Source: Podarcis bocagei
Lineage: Eukaryota
DNA length: 64,000 nucleotides
Strand: one strand, 5' to 3'
Assembly: GCA_964188305.1 (NCBI GenBank)
Contig: OZ076889.1
Shown piece by piece: positions 36,456-50,327 of the stretch. The number at the start of each line of letters is the position of its first letter. Positions within the stretch are counted from its first letter, which is position 1. A program made the translations under genes and the position numbers. The notes beneath the pieces were generated by a model that saw only the letters and a program-made list of their open reading frames with translations, did not search any database and had not been told where the DNA came from.

Positions 36456-38039
36456 ATGTTTGATTTGCCTTGATTGCATTTGAGAGAGCTAATATTTTTC
36501 TGATTTGGAGAGTATATAATAACAAAAGTTGTTGAATTTTTAAAACATTGCATTTTGTTACTTAGAAATTTCCACTATTCATAGGAGTTCTTTTTTATGC
36601 TAACTGGATATTAGGACTATTGCCATTGACAACACTGTTTCAATATAATTAAATAGAGGGATGTGATATCATTAACTCTGGGCACACAATGAATTACAAG
36701 TAGTACTCTGTAATATTAAAGCTCTGCATTTGAGCAATGCTATTAATGATGTCAAATCCTGCAGTATTTCCTGCCCATCATGTGGACCTTAACCCTCAGT
36801 AGGAAGAGTTCCAGGCTTCCCTGTAGATTAGTATGAGCATATCTCAGGCTCTGATTTCTGGCCAGAGCCTAGTTCAGTTTGGAAGTATACAAGTCCTTCT
36901 TTCCAAACAAAGTAAATGGTAACATCAGCTACTATCTGGCTAGCCTGCGCTCTGAATTCAAAGAAGAGTGTGTTCTATGAGGTGGAGCTTGGTTGTGTTC
37001 AGAGCCTCTTGTTGCAGTGCTGCTGTGTGACATAACAGTATCTCGGGACATGTCTGCAAAGTAATTTCACTGCAAAGTGATTTGGAAAGAGGACAAAGCT
37101 GAGACTGGGAAGAGGCAGGTAGCTTCTTTCTCATTCCATAAGCATGAATGCTGCCTTGCAAACTTCTTGACCTTATCCTATGATCTACCCAAATCTCCTA
37201 TCTTTGATATGTATAGACAAGAACAAGCTGATGTCTTCTGTGATTGTGGACCATGGTATCTGATGCACATTGGATAACCTTCAAAACTATTGTGCAGATG
37301 CATCTTTAGTCAGATTGTTGTTTTTTTTCTATTCTCTTTCATAGAACCATAATCAAAGATGGAAGAGACCTCAAAGATCATGTAATCCAATTCCCCCACT
37401 GATGCAAGACACTCACTACTACAGCATTGCTGGTAGGTGGTCATCCAGGCTCTGCTAAAAAAAACCCCCAACTATAACAAAGGAGAGTCTACCACCTTCT
37501 GAGGCAGCCTGTTCCACTGTCAATCAGCTTGTGCCACCAGAAAGTTTTCCTAATATTTACTCTAAATACTTTTGCTTGTCATTTGAATCCATTGGTTCAT
37601 GTCCCACCATCTGAAGCAACTGAAAACAAATTAGTTCCATCATCAGTGGAAGTTTCTGCAGGTCATGAAGGGCAGAGAGGAAAACACTAGTTACACAATT
37701 TGATTTCAGGACAGACTAGCACTTACTAACTGGAAAATATTTGTTTAGGTTGTGGAGAATGTGACTGCTTTTTCAGTTCTGTGTTAAAAGACTATTTAGG
37801 TAGATACATCCTGTGTTAGTATTTGTAACACATAAATAACACTACATATTAGCAGCAACCTTAATGTGACCTCTCCTCTCAAATCATTCTTTGCAAGTTC
37901 ATTTGCAAACTATATTCTGTCAAATCCCCTTCCATTTTGAAAGGCCTGAACATAAGCCAGATAAAGCCAGAACTAAAAAGTTCCCACTGTCTTGTGGGAA
38001 GTGTTCGGCTTTATTTGCCCCTTCTCAGGCCTAAGACTA

Positions 38040-38331
38040 CAAGCGCTTCCTTGCTATCCCGGACTGCTTTTAAAATGCTGGCGCTGGGGAGCAAAGCCTT
38101 TCGGGCCCCGCCAGCCTTCCTGGACCTCTTCTGAAGGCCGGAGGGGGGGAAAAGGCTTTGCTCCCCACCGCTAGCATTTAAAAGAGGTCCCCGGAGATTT
38201 CCCTATGGGCTTTCGTCTTGCGAAGCAAGCCCATAGGGAAATTCGTTTTGCGAAGCGCCTCCAAAACGGAAAACCCTTTCGTCTAGCGGGTTTTCCGTCT
38301 TGCGAGGCGTTCGTCTTGCGGGGTACCACTG
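38040..38331 (-). mobile_element. Partial Tc1/mariner-type MITE (left end approximate)
   Basis: Ends ...ttcgtcttgcggggtaccactg|TA; ~120 bp are the reverse complement of 40372-40490. Confidence 0.8.
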
Positions 38332-38694
38332 TATATGGTTTATTTACACATCTCTATAACCTGAGCCTACTTATGGAAGAAGGGTTTTACATGTGTTGAT
38401 GGCCTAGGATTAAACGGGGTAGCTGATACACCATTTAGGAAGGTGTTCTAGGTTAACATATGCCACTTCCATGGGATTAACATTGACTAATGCAAATCTA
38501 GAATATGCATTTTAGCACCTATAAATCTATTATTATTATTATTATTATTATTAGAATTTATATACCATCCTTCATCCAAGGATCACAGGGCAGTTTACAC
38601 CATATAAATCTATAACTATACTGTAGCTAAAATGGGGTATATGATTGAGAGAAGGAGAATAAGGGACTATTTTGTAATAATCTGAAAACCCTTT

Positions 38695-38846
38695 TAAAAG
38701 ACATCTGAAGGCAGTCCTGTTTAGGGAAGCTTTTAATGTTTAACAGACCACTGTATTTTAATATTTTGTTGGAAGCCGCCCAGAGTGGCTGGGGAAACCC
38801 AGCCAGATGGGCAGGGTATAAATAAATAATAGTAGTAATAATAATT
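38695..38846 (+). mobile_element. L2-type LINE 3' end
   Basis: Second copy of the 5598-5775 element, with a (TAA)n tail. Confidence 0.75.
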
Positions 38847-39182
38847 AGATAAAAAGAATACCTTTGTTCTAGTACAAGATGGTGAGGGAAGGTGTCAGCC
38901 AAAAACTAGGAAAAAGCCACTCCATAACTTCCTTTTTAATTGTTATCCATCCATCCCCTTTTCATTAGTGTATTCCATGGGCAAAAAAACTGACTGTGTT
39001 GTGAGGTCTATAACAGCTGCCTTCCCTCCAGAAAATGAGAACACCCACTCTCCCCTGTTCTCCATTTTCTCTCCCAGGAACTGAGAAGGTCCTGTCAAAA
39101 CTTGGATTATATTCAAGCCTTTCTCTCCTTAGCTTCCTTCCTTGCTTCACCCCTCTTTGGGAGTCATGAACCAGGCAACAGC

Positions 39183-39268
39183 GGATGGCCTGTTCTGGGC
39201 TTGTCACCTTCACACTGAATCCAGTGGATGGCCTGTTCTGGGCTTGTCACCTTCACACTGAATCCAGT
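39183..39268. repeat. Perfect 43-bp tandem duplication
   Basis: ggatggcctgttctgggcttgtcaccttcacactgaatccagt x2. Confidence 0.95.
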
Positions 39269-39849
39269 GTAGAAGGAAAGGTATTTCTGGCTTGATTGGG
39301 CTCCCTCTTGGTTTCTGATTAGACTTTAGCTAACACAGCTGGAAGCCTTTGTGAATGAACTAACTGTGTTGGAGAAACAAAGAGGTTCTCCTGGGCTATG
39401 TCATGACCTCACAATAGAGTAGTTAGCACTTACATAATGCCATCTTTTTGCAGTAGGGAAGGGTACACATTTGTGCTTGGCTGTTTCACAGAGAAAGTAA
39501 TAAGCATGGTATGCGTAAGATAAAGGTCCTCCAAAGTAACTAGGAGGATGCAGGAAATGGTCTAGAGTGGGGACCTTAGGTGATGGAGGTAATCCACTCA
39601 TAACATGTTTTGTTTGTTTTCACTTTGTTTTCCATTTTAAAATTGCTGCAGGTTTAGATTGGGTTGTATATGTATAGGTAGAAATCCAGCATTTGACTTT
39701 TCCTTGTCTTATGGAACATTTCAGAAGTGGAAATCAGCCAAGCCCCACAATGAATGCACTGTGTGCTGATGGGTCTCAAACACTCACTGAGTTAGGGACT
39801 TCCCCTGCATGTGAAGATAGGCTGTGACAGATTGAGCAGATGAGACCAA

Positions 39850-40292
39850 TAGTGGATCCAACAGTCAAGATGGCAGTTTTTGCACATGCTGTGGAAGAAA
39901 ATGAGGGGCAGATGGGACTCATTGACCTGGGAAGTAGCCCACCTAGGAGAAGGAAAACTCTGATCCTAAACCTCAGGATCTAAACCTTTTCTTTCAGGAG
40001 AAGAAAAGGCTAAAGGGTCACCCTACACAAATCCAGAGTGGAATCCCTAAGACAGTTGGATGGTGCCATGTATGCCTCTTTCAGGCAGTTTCTGCAGCTA
40101 AGCTGGTGCCAAATGTATTGCTCTGCTTTCATATGAACCGCATCAGGGTGGCTGAGAGGGGGTGGGTCTCCATACACATTGCTCAGGCTTGCACCTCAGG
40201 GAGGTCACTTCAGTGCTCCTAATGCAGCAATGTGACTTCACCCCTGGAGGTGTACTCCAGTGTACTCGAGATAGACAGATGCCAGAAACAAC
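39850..40292 (+). mobile_element. RTE-related non-autonomous retroelement
   Basis: cctaggagaaggaaaactctgatcctaaacctc motif; ends gacagatgcca..aacaac; homologous to 12665-12950 (-) and a fragment near 53200-53270. Confidence 0.55.
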
Positions 40293-40371
40293 ATGTACTT
40301 TTAGTTGAGATTCCTGCATTTTATGGGGTTGGAGTAGATGACCCTTGGGGTCCCTTCCAGCTCTACAATTA

Positions 40372-40715
40372 CAGTGGTGCCCCGCAAGACGAATGCCTCG
40401 CAAGACGGAAAACCCGCTAGACGAAAGGGTTTTCCGTTTTTGAGATGCTTCGCAAGATGAATTTCCCTATGGGCTTGCTTCGCAAGACGAAAACGTCTTG
40501 CGAGTGTTCCAATTTTTCCCCCGCTCCCCCCCTTTTCTGAGCCGCTAAGCCGCTAATAGCCTTTTAGCCGCTAAGCCGCTAAGCCTTTAATAGCCGCTAA
40601 TCCGCTAAGCCTTTAATAGCGCTAAGCCGCTAATAGGATTGCTTCGCAAGACGAAAAAACCGCTAGACGAAGAGACTCGCGGAACGGATTATTTTCGTCT
40701 TGCGAGGCACCACCG
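40372..40715. mobile_element. Tc1/mariner-type MITE with internal (TAAGCCGC)n repeats, inserted in a CR1 tail
   Basis: TA|cagtggtgccccgcaagacgaa ... ttcgtcttgcgaggcaccaccg|TA; the flanks are the two halves of a CR1 3' end (ccttccagctctacaatt / atgattctgtgattc). Confidence 0.88.
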
Positions 40716-40810
40716 TATATGATTCTGTGATTCCTAGACTGAACACAACTAGTTCTAAACTTCTGTGCCAAGCTTAGAAAGTGAATGAAATGTTTTGGAC
40801 TTGTGAATAT

Positions 40811-40840
40811 CTTCTTCTTCTTCTTCTTCTTCTTCTTCTT

Positions 40841-40873
<33 letters not shown>
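40811..40873. repeat. Compound (CTT)n(CTA)n microsatellite
   Basis: Directly visible; it explains the poly-Leu ORF. Confidence 0.95.
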
Positions 40874-40874
<1 letters not shown>

Positions 40875-41783
40875 AGCATCTCACTTCCATTTTTGGATAT
40901 ACACCACTTCAAGTTCTCTCCAGCATTCTCTTTTGTTTGCTTCCTGTGAGTAGATTAGCACCTGCATATGGCTTAAGTATTCTTAAGTATTAAGTATTCT
41001 AAAAGAAAATACCGTATGCAGTTAAATACCGTACGCAATTAAAAGTTGAACATATAGACAAATAAAGAGGGTTGTTTGAGGTCATTATTTATCATCTTAT
41101 ATTTGGAGGAATGTATTGACTAAAATATGTGGCTGCAGGTTATACAACAGGGTGAAGTCAGGACCTGCTTAATTAATCCTTCAGCAATTATAATTTACAA
41201 TAAAATAGCTACCCTTGATTGCACACTCTTAAAACTGGTGCACCATTTTAAAATTTGTGACAAAGGCCTAACCCAAAGTATTCATTGCACAGAGTAAATG
41301 CTACTGAGATTTGGATCTCTTCATCTGTTTGATGTACACAGTGAGTAAAATGTAAAGTAACATGTAATTCAAGCTTTCATTAGATTTTCCCTGTTACCTT
41401 TTTTCCCAACACAGCAAGTGTATTTCAGAGTTGTAACATGAGGCAACAAAGAAAGAATTCATTTAGTAGAAAAAGCAACCCCCTCATATGAGTAACAGAC
41501 CTCTCTCATTTAAAAACAGGAAAGAATCTCCTTGAAGTAACCAAACAAAAGAGGGAATGCCCCTACTATGAAGGAGACATACTGTTTGTCATGCAGTTTT
41601 GGAGTTAGGTTTTGGAGTTTTCTTCTTGATCACTATGATTCATTGTCACTATATGGTGCATGCTGGGTTGAGTGAGTTTGTACATACCTCTTAACTAATG
41701 TTAGTCTTTGAAATGAAAATTATTGTTAAAGCAGTAATATTTTTCCAATGAACTTTCCCCCCCCCAAAAAAAAATATTGCAAA

Positions 41784-41827
41784 GTGTGTGTGTGTGTGTG
41801 CGCGCGCGCGCACGCGCATGTGCATGC
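41784..41827. repeat. (TG)n(CG)n alternating purine-pyrimidine tract
   Basis: gtgtgtgtgtgtgtgtgcgcgcgcgcgcacgcgcatgtgcatgc. Confidence 0.9.
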
Positions 41828-44800
41828 CCCAGGAACATGGGGTTGAGGATGAAAGTTGGGGTGCAAAAGGGGTTGCAGAATAGGAGGTGGTTGTGACTTC
41901 ATAATTGGCCAGAAGGTAAAAAGGGTGCTTAGTAGTCACATTGTTTAAGAGAAAGAAAATGGGCATTATAAAACTTGCCATGCCTGAGCCTACAGCTACT
42001 CTACTCATTGCCTCCAGTTTTCTTGTAAGAGAAAGCTGGCAACAAGGAAGGAAAAGCCTTCTATGTGGAAAGGGGTGGTTTGTGTGCAAGAGAATACTTT
42101 AAAAGGAAAAAATAGACCTCTTCAGACAATTTCAATAATAGGCAGTTCCTGTCTGTAGCCTGCAGGCTTTTATAACCATGTGATTAAATATTTTAATTTA
42201 AATTAACTCACTGCCTGCACGTTTTATCATTGTATTATTAAATTTTTTTATATGGTCATAGAAGGAGCCTGGCTAGAAATAATACCCATGTTACCACAAC
42301 CTCAGCTCCACCCTGATGATTCATGGGATTTGCCCTCACCTTTTTGAACTGAGTGGCTTTTGTCCATGTGCGATAATAGTTCAGTGACTCCTTGGCCTCA
42401 GTACATATTCCAGGGTATCCAGCTGCTCAAGTCCTTGCTAACTAGTACTGCCAGTTTCCACATGGAAGCAAACTCCTGTTTAAAATGCTCCATAATATAT
42501 TGTGATATATTTCATAATTTTGGAGTTGTCCATTAGTATTTATTTTATTGTGGGCACATTCTCATGCAAAGGCAGGATGTAAATTTAAGAAATAAATGAG
42601 GACAAGGCATGTTACCAGATTTGACGTTCCTCACCACAGCTGCAAGTTACCCAGGCAGTTTAAAAATGGGATATAGTTAGAAGTATTCTTTTTAGCCCTG
42701 CACAGATATGGGTGAATACAGAAACATAATGATTTAAAGCACAGGTGGGGAACCTGTGGCTACAACTCCCATTATACCTCTCTCTTGGCCATGCTAGCTG
42801 GGGCTGGTGGAAGCTGGAGTTCAGTAACATGTCTAAGAACATGCATGCTTGTCTGAAGAAGACCTTGTAGAGCAGCCTGAAGCTCCTTCATCCCTGGATC
42901 TGATTTGATCACTCTTCCCATGTTTTCTCTAGATGACCTATTGCTCCTTTGGGATGCTGTAGTATAATGCTGCAGCTTTTGCTTACACAGTTTGACCTTA
43001 AGTGACCTCCTTATATTCAGAGCTCAGGCCGCACACATTTTGATGACCCTCACTTTCAGGCCAGCCCACATGGTTCTTGACCTAAGCTGACTTTTGACCA
43101 TGTGTCCTGCAGTGCCTTGTCTGTGCTGGGGTCAGAATGGCTGATAAACCTCTCAATTCAACCTACTGCTCAGGTGATCATAAAATCCATGCATTTTCCA
43201 CTAGTATATTATGGCACCGAGTGATTTATTTTCCATATTCGAGGAGAGACTTACACAGGGCAGATCGCAACAATTCTTGCAGTCACAGAGAGAACAACTC
43301 TCATTACAAGAGATACAGACTTAATCTGGCCTGAGGATACATTGGTATAGTTGAATCATGTCTTTTTAATTCGCTTTAAAAAAAATCAAGGTATTTTTGA
43401 ACTTTTACCAAAGCTTAAATGCTCCCAGCAATGCAAAATACTAGTTATCTAGACTGAATCATCTTCCGAACTAGTTTTGCTAGCAGATTGTTTGTGTTTG
43501 TTTTCATGCCTTTCATATACTTACTCCATGTGCTTGTGACCATACAGCTATCTGGAATCCAGAATAGAAGAATTGTTTCTCTCCCTGTTTCCTTTACTTC
43601 TGTGTGGTTGCCAAAACTACCTGGCTTCATGCCCAGCTCCTTAGATGTACCCTATCCCTCCAGTACTGCAGGTGCATTTCTCTTCTTGCCTGAAGAATTG
43701 TACACAAGCCCTCGGCTCTTGGTGTAAGGAGGCATTTTCTGCAGGTCTGGAATGTGGCCATTAACTCATTCCCTTTCACTATTTTGATAGGCCCCCTGGC
43801 ATGCTGGGCCTTAACAGTGCTAATTTTAGAACTGTTTGTTCTGCGGAGGTCATTTTTGTCTTGGGTATCGAATTTGGATTGCACTATCTCTTCTGTCAGA
43901 GTAGCTCAGCAGTGGCTGTGTCACCCTGTTAGCACTTGGGATTGTCAAAGACAACTGCTTGGCCCTGTGGCAGACCATTAACAGAATGGTAGTGCCCTGG
44001 AGGTGATGGGGTGCCAAATACAGTTGCTGGTCATTAGAAATGTGTATACTCTTTTTAGCTATCTAGTGCGCGCGCTCTCTCGCTCTCTCTCTCTCTCTCT
44101 CTTGCTCGCTATGTGTGTGTGTGTTGTGTGACCATAAAATTTAGAAACATTATTAATGGGTATTGGAAGCCTGTCTTTGTTCCTTAGTGGCACTGTTTCA
44201 CAGCGCTGGGGTTTCCAGAATCAACATTCTCCTTTTTTACTGCTCACTTTTATGAGATTCCCCTTAAGGCTGATTCTCTTTACCATCATTTTCTCACCAG
44301 ATGAACTTGGCTTCCAATGCCACCAAAGTCCCAGCAATGCTTGGAGCCTGATTTTCAATATGATTCTCAGAAACAGAGCACACTGTCTGCCAATCAGGTC
44401 ACCCGCTATTCTTGCTATAGAGTCTGTCTGAGCTGGGTGCTGGAAATGTAGAGGCGGAATGCTTAATATCTTAATTATCCACACCCAGCAATCTGTAAAG
44501 CAGAAAAATGCACCCGCCCTTGCTGCTGTGCTGTGTTGTTCTAAATAAATAACACATTCTTGTAGAAACACTTTACAGCAGTGGCACTGGGACCACCTTG
44601 GTAAAAGAGCAGCATGCTGCATAGCTCAGCACATATATAGCTATGTGCATCTTTAGCTGTACAGCTAAGCACAAGAGGGACTACAGAATATATGACCATA
44701 AATTTAAATTCATTGTTGCCCTATAAACCTTAGAAGGAAGGAATGTGGTTTTATCTCATCTCAGAGCAAAGATAAAGTAGATATTAAGACAGAGTCACGT

Positions 44801-47800
44801 GATGCTGTTTACTAGATGAACAGAGATACAACTGCCAACAAAGGCTGCAGTCCTTATCTCACTTACCTGAGAGTAAGCCCTGTTGAAATCAGTAAGACTT
44901 ACTTCTGAGTAAGCATGGTTAGGATTGTGCTGTAGGTGACTCATTCAGGCCTTTGAAATTCACCCCTATAATTTATGCATCCTGTCCAAATGCTTGATTT
45001 TGGCCTATATATTTGCAGCAGTCCAGCTACTATGCATAGAAGAGATATTTCCGGAGAGGTGACCTTGCTAGTCCATTGCAGCCAGCAAAAATTGCAAGAG
45101 TCTGTTACTGTCAGTATCTTCACATTTAAACTTTAAACTATTGACCCAGTTTGCATGTTACACTAAGGCAAGCCATGGCCTAGAGCAAACAGGGTGAGGG
45201 GAGATCCCAGAAAAGAGATCACAGCCACTTTGTTTCTCCCTGATCACTTTGCTGCTGAGCTGGGCTGAGCTGAATTAGGCCATGGTCTGGCTTACCATGT
45301 TCAAATCCAGACTTGTGCTTTTGTACTCTCCAGACAAACCATAACTTATAGCTCACAGTTCAGTTTGCCCAGACTGAGCTAAATCATAAGCCCAGATCCA
45401 GATATATAGCATTCTAAGCCATGGCTTAGCTCAGTGCTGAACTAAGTGTCCTCACGGTTTAAGTTTTACCTAAACCAGGAATTGCTATCTTTTCTGTACA
45501 TACACATGGGCATACTTACACAATAGTACTCATCAATATTCTGTACACCCCTCCCCTCAGTTACTCTAACCACACACCCTAAGCGATGGCAGAAATAATG
45601 TAGGACCTTCTACACCTGTGCAAGCACAGTTCCTCAATTTATTTCAAAAAAATGTGTGTATATATCTCCATATCCCTGATCCGTATACTTGGCTGAACCT
45701 TTATTGAGCACCAGAATCTCAGGGAGTTCATAATGTAGTCCCTTGGGTTCATTAAAGAGGAAGCAAGCAGCCTTTTTCCAACACCCATGCAAGAGAATTG
45801 TAAGCAGATGCTTTAACACACATTTCATTGTTAAATAGGCATTGTTCTCAAGTTTGTTACTATGGTGTTGGCTCCGGTCTGTTTATAATCTGACTCCATT
45901 TCATTGTGCTTGGTGATAAAATCTCTGAAGTCTATAGACTCTGGCAGGGCTTGTTGTCTCAACTCTCATTGAGGGAGCATTAATTGTGGAAACACTCAAC
46001 ACCATCTGTGTAATTTATACCTAAGGAAGTGTACTTACTACTTCATAAGCTACTACTTCATGTATTTTGTGAATTTCTAAAATAAATAAGCAACTTCAGT
46101 AACATATAATTTAGCTCCATGCATTTTGTTTGCTGACATATGTCCCAAAAACTCTGATCCTTCAGTGATGTGCTTTGTAATGTGTTTTACAGCACAATCC
46201 TACATGTTTAACCTGAAGTTACTTCCATTATGTTCAGTGGAACTTGATGCTTAGTCAACAGTGCAATCCTCAGAAGTAAGTCCCGTTGAGTTCAATGGGA
46301 ATACAGAAATGAAGAGTTGAGTAACAGAAGTGCTCCAACCTTAAGATACTTGAGTCTACTATTAAAAGTGTCTTCCTGGAGATTTTAAATACTGCAACCA
46401 GCATATTCAGCATGGGTGGGAGGAAATGGAACATCACTGAATTCAAAAAAATGAAAAGGCTCTCTTTCAACAGAGGAAACCGTATAAATACACATGCTAT
46501 GTAGCTATCTCTGTTAATTAGAAGCAAGGGAGAATTGCTGGTATAATATACAATGTAGGAGAAAGGAGATACAGATGCTGTTGGAAGATTCCCCTTCATT
46601 TGTTTCCAATAAATATTTGCCAGATTCCCATGGGTGATACTTATGCAAACTAGGGGCTGTATCATTAATTACATTTGCGATATCAGGAGTGTCCTTATAT
46701 AAACTCAAGACCTTAGCTTTCATTTTGTGCTGAGAACTGTGCAACCCCAACAGTGTGGCTGCAATTACTGATGATACAACTCAGGTTTTAATATAGTTTC
46801 CTAGTCTTTTATGTTTCAAATTATGAGCAATGACAAAGCAATGAAATCACCTTTTTAACAGAGCTGCAAAATGAAAGGAGTAAGACCTCAAAAGGGAAAC
46901 AGAGTATGCAGCTCACAAGGGAAATGTGGATAAGTGTGAAAACATTCCAGCCAGGCACAGTGAGAATTATGAGTTGTTAATAGTTGGAGCACATTTTGGC
47001 TCTTTCAGCTTATTAACGGGAACATTTTAGAACTCATGTTTGCATAGGAAATAGCAGTTTATCAGCATTCATATCACATAATCAGAACCCCGCAAAAAGT
47101 CAACTGTGCTACATTTTGAATGCATATGCATGAATCTGAATGCATATATCTGTGATTTTTCAGCTAGAAGCAAAAAGGAGAGGGAAGAAAGTGGGAGAGA
47201 TTCTTTCACTCGAAAGGTCAGCCATCAGAGCAATGCTGAATTTTCATTCTTTAACATTTACAAGGAGTAAAAAAGTATTCTCCAAAGCTTTGCTTTCAAC
47301 TTTTTCATGTGGTTTTTCATGTCTGTTCAAAACCATTGCTCTCATTCTGCTTCTGTTCTGGTGTCACCTTTAAAAAAAATTAACTGTGCTGCTTCTTTCT
47401 CCCCCAGTGTATGATTTTAGCTGGTCATGGTGACTATAGTGAGTATGAGCACATCATGTAGTCATGTATCTGCTGACACCAGTGAGTGCAAAAGAGAAAG
47501 CTATTGTCATTGAATGTGCATTGGAATGCACATTCAAGTACACATCCTACTTATAGCACTAATTGTCAGAATCCATTCTCAGCTCTACATATCAGTGTTC
47601 ATTCAACTGCATTCCATAGCCAATGTTCTGTTTGGTAGCTTCATTGCCACACCACAAGCTTGGCAAAACAGAGAGCATTGTTGCAGTTGCTGAGGCAATA
47701 GAGGTGCCCCTGTAAATACATTTTGTTTCCCTTTCAAATGCCCCCAGTATCTCTCTGAAAATAGTAACACTTTTGAAAGGGTATGCAAGACTTGATCCCT

Positions 47801-47836
47801 TTGTTCAGCTCATCTCTCCTATACACAACTTCAGTA

Positions 47837-48062
47837 CAGTGGCACCTCGGGTTAAGTACTTAATTCGTTCCGGAGGTCCGTTCTTAACCTGAAACTGTTC
47901 TTAACCTGAAGAACCACTTTCGTTAATGGGGCCTCCCACTGCCGCTGCACTGCCGGAGCACGATTTCTGTTCTCATCCTGAAGCAAAGTTCTTAACCCGA
48001 GGTACTATTTTTGGGTTAGCGGAGTCTGTAACCTGAAGCATATGTAACCCAAGGTACCACTG
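47837..48062. mobile_element. Tc1/mariner (Tigger/pogo-like) MITE
   Basis: TA|cagtggcacctcgggtt ... aacccaaggtaccactg|TA; nearly identical to 18658-18884. Confidence 0.9.
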
Positions 48063-49434
48063 TATATTTGAAGCCTAAATCTAGTCTCCTACCAACAATC
48101 TGAAAGCAACATTAGAAAAGTAAAACAGGTTATCTAATTCAAACTGATCATAAAGATGATAACAGTATGCTTTGTGTAACATTACATTTTATTGAGTGGG
48201 AGATGTTACATAGTAGTGAACACATAATTTGAGATATAGTTTTTCATTTCCACTATATATTTTCTACAGCATCAATAGGCATATCTAGCTTGGAAAATTG
48301 AAGATCAACAAAGGGAAGTATCTAGAGATGGACAAACAAACCTATTTCAATTCTACGTCAGTTTCATTGGTGCTCAATCATAGGTGTGTTCTGGCCCGGT
48401 GTTTTGCAGATATTTTGAAAGAGTACATTAATTTATATTTAAATTGTAAACATTTTATACACATTCTTCTCTTAAGATGCATGTTCTTGTTTGTACTCTT
48501 TACAAAAAATTGCATAAGTTTGTGCATTTTTCATACATCACAAAATCTGGAAAAAATAGTAATTTGGCTGATAGTTGTTTTATAATGTGCAAGCAAGTTG
48601 AAGGCTCAAAAACTGGGCTGGTCCATTGCAAAAAGCAGACCAAACTTCTCCTTCACCTTTAGAAATAACTAACCCAGGAAGAGGCAGAAACCTGAACTGT
48701 GTTAACTTCAACAGTATTAAGCCTGAGATCATAACATGGAAGTCAAAAGCTAGATTTTTCAACATAGTTGAATTGGAGTTCTTTCAGCACTTGAATTCTG
48801 CATGGGGGTGCCAGCACACTCTTTATTAAGAAGTTACACTGATTTTTCTTTCCCCAAAATGGGTGACTAAGCTCTGGGCATTGGCTATAATTCAAACAAG
48901 AAAGTCAGTAAAGAGAGGGAGGGCGTCTGCAGTTTCTGCTGGGAATTGTATGAATTCATGTTCCTTTGAGTCTTAAATATCTAAATTGCATGGGGTTAGT
49001 GGTGAGGGAGAGAGCGCCTGGTTTCCTTCATTCTATAGGTGTGGGAAAAAAAGAAATCTGCTCTTAATCTCAAGGATTCTCTTACTCAAATAAACGGAGT
49101 CTCTTGAGGCAGATGGGTTCTATGGAGCTCTTGTTAACCCCAGAGCCAATTCCCTGGGCGGAGAGCTGTCCTTTGTTCATGATGTCATGGTCAAATGGAA
49201 CCAGAAACACGAAACACTAGAAGATTGTGAGCTTTTTTTGTTTTTGAAATGTAATTATATGTGTATCGAGGAAATTTAGGATAGCAGGTTTTCATCTCCC
49301 CCCTGACCTTTGCTACTGAGTTAATGAAAGGGTAGATGGATCCACTTTGAATATGAGCTTCAAACAACCATTGATAGCTCTTTATTACAGCTAACCATGT
49401 TGTTGACATTTTGTCAGATACCAAAGGGTGGGTT

Positions 49435-49435
<1 letters not shown>

Positions 49436-49473
<38 letters not shown>
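49436..49473. repeat. (TG)n microsatellite, followed by a 39-bp tandem duplication (~49491-49568)
   Basis: Directly visible. Confidence 0.9.
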
Positions 49474-49477
<4 letters not shown>

Positions 49478-50060
49478 AAATAAATCTAAACATTTGTATG
49501 CTGTTTCTTCACGGCTTGAGGCAATATCACATTTGTATGCTGTCTCTTCAGGGCTTGAGGCAATATCTAGCAAATAAACCATCAACTGTAATAAAAAAGG
49601 AACATTTAAAATAACAGTGCACTTTCTAGCAGCAGTACGATAGGACCAAAACACCCTTTCCACAGCTGTAGGACTCCTGGATGAGGTAGACTTTGTGTCC
49701 ATTTGCAAAAGCCACCAGAAAAGTACAATTTTCTGTCTCATTCAGCAGGTTGTGCCATAACGTCAGAGCAATTGCAGTAAGAGTCCTGCTCCTCTTCACC
49801 AATTATTCTTTTTTCATGCACTACAGCCAATCATAGCCATGGCAGAGGTTATTTTGTCATATCCTTCAATAGCTATTTACATTCTATTGAATGATGTAAA
49901 AGCAAAACTGGGATTCTTAAAACCAAAAAGAAGAAAGGAAATGTAGACTGGATGCCAGCAAAGCTCCTGTTGGCCTCAACCTATAAAGTGAACAACTAAA
50001 AAGGGGGGGGGGACATAGGGAGGTTAATAATGGAATTATAATGAAGGATCAGAATTATAA

Positions 50061-50327
50061 TGAAGGACAGATCGCGAAGCTGAGGCTCCAATACTTTAGC
50101 CACCTCATGAGAAGAGAAGACTCCCTGGAAAAGACCCTGATGTTGGGAAAGATGGAGGGCACAAGGAGAAGGGGACGACAGAGGACAAGATGGTTGGACA
50201 GTGTTCTCGAAGCTACAAACATGAGTCTGACCAAACTGTGGGAGGCAGTGGAAGACAGGAGTGCCTGGCGTGCTCTGGTCCATGGGGTCACGAAGAGTCG
50301 GACACGACTAAACGACTAAACAACAAC
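50061..50327 (+). mobile_element. BovB (RTE clade) LINE, 5'-truncated
   Basis: KLRLQYFSHLMRREDSLEKTLMLGKMEGTRRRGRQRTRWLD...WRALVHGVTKSRTRLND, (CAA)n tail, TSD AATGAAGGATC (50040-50050, 50328-50338). Confidence 0.95.

Noticed and set aside
39790-39900. HDV-like ribozyme at the 5' end of the RTE-related element
   Set aside because: Plausible for the RTE clade, but I could not build the nested double pseudoknot from this decayed copy.
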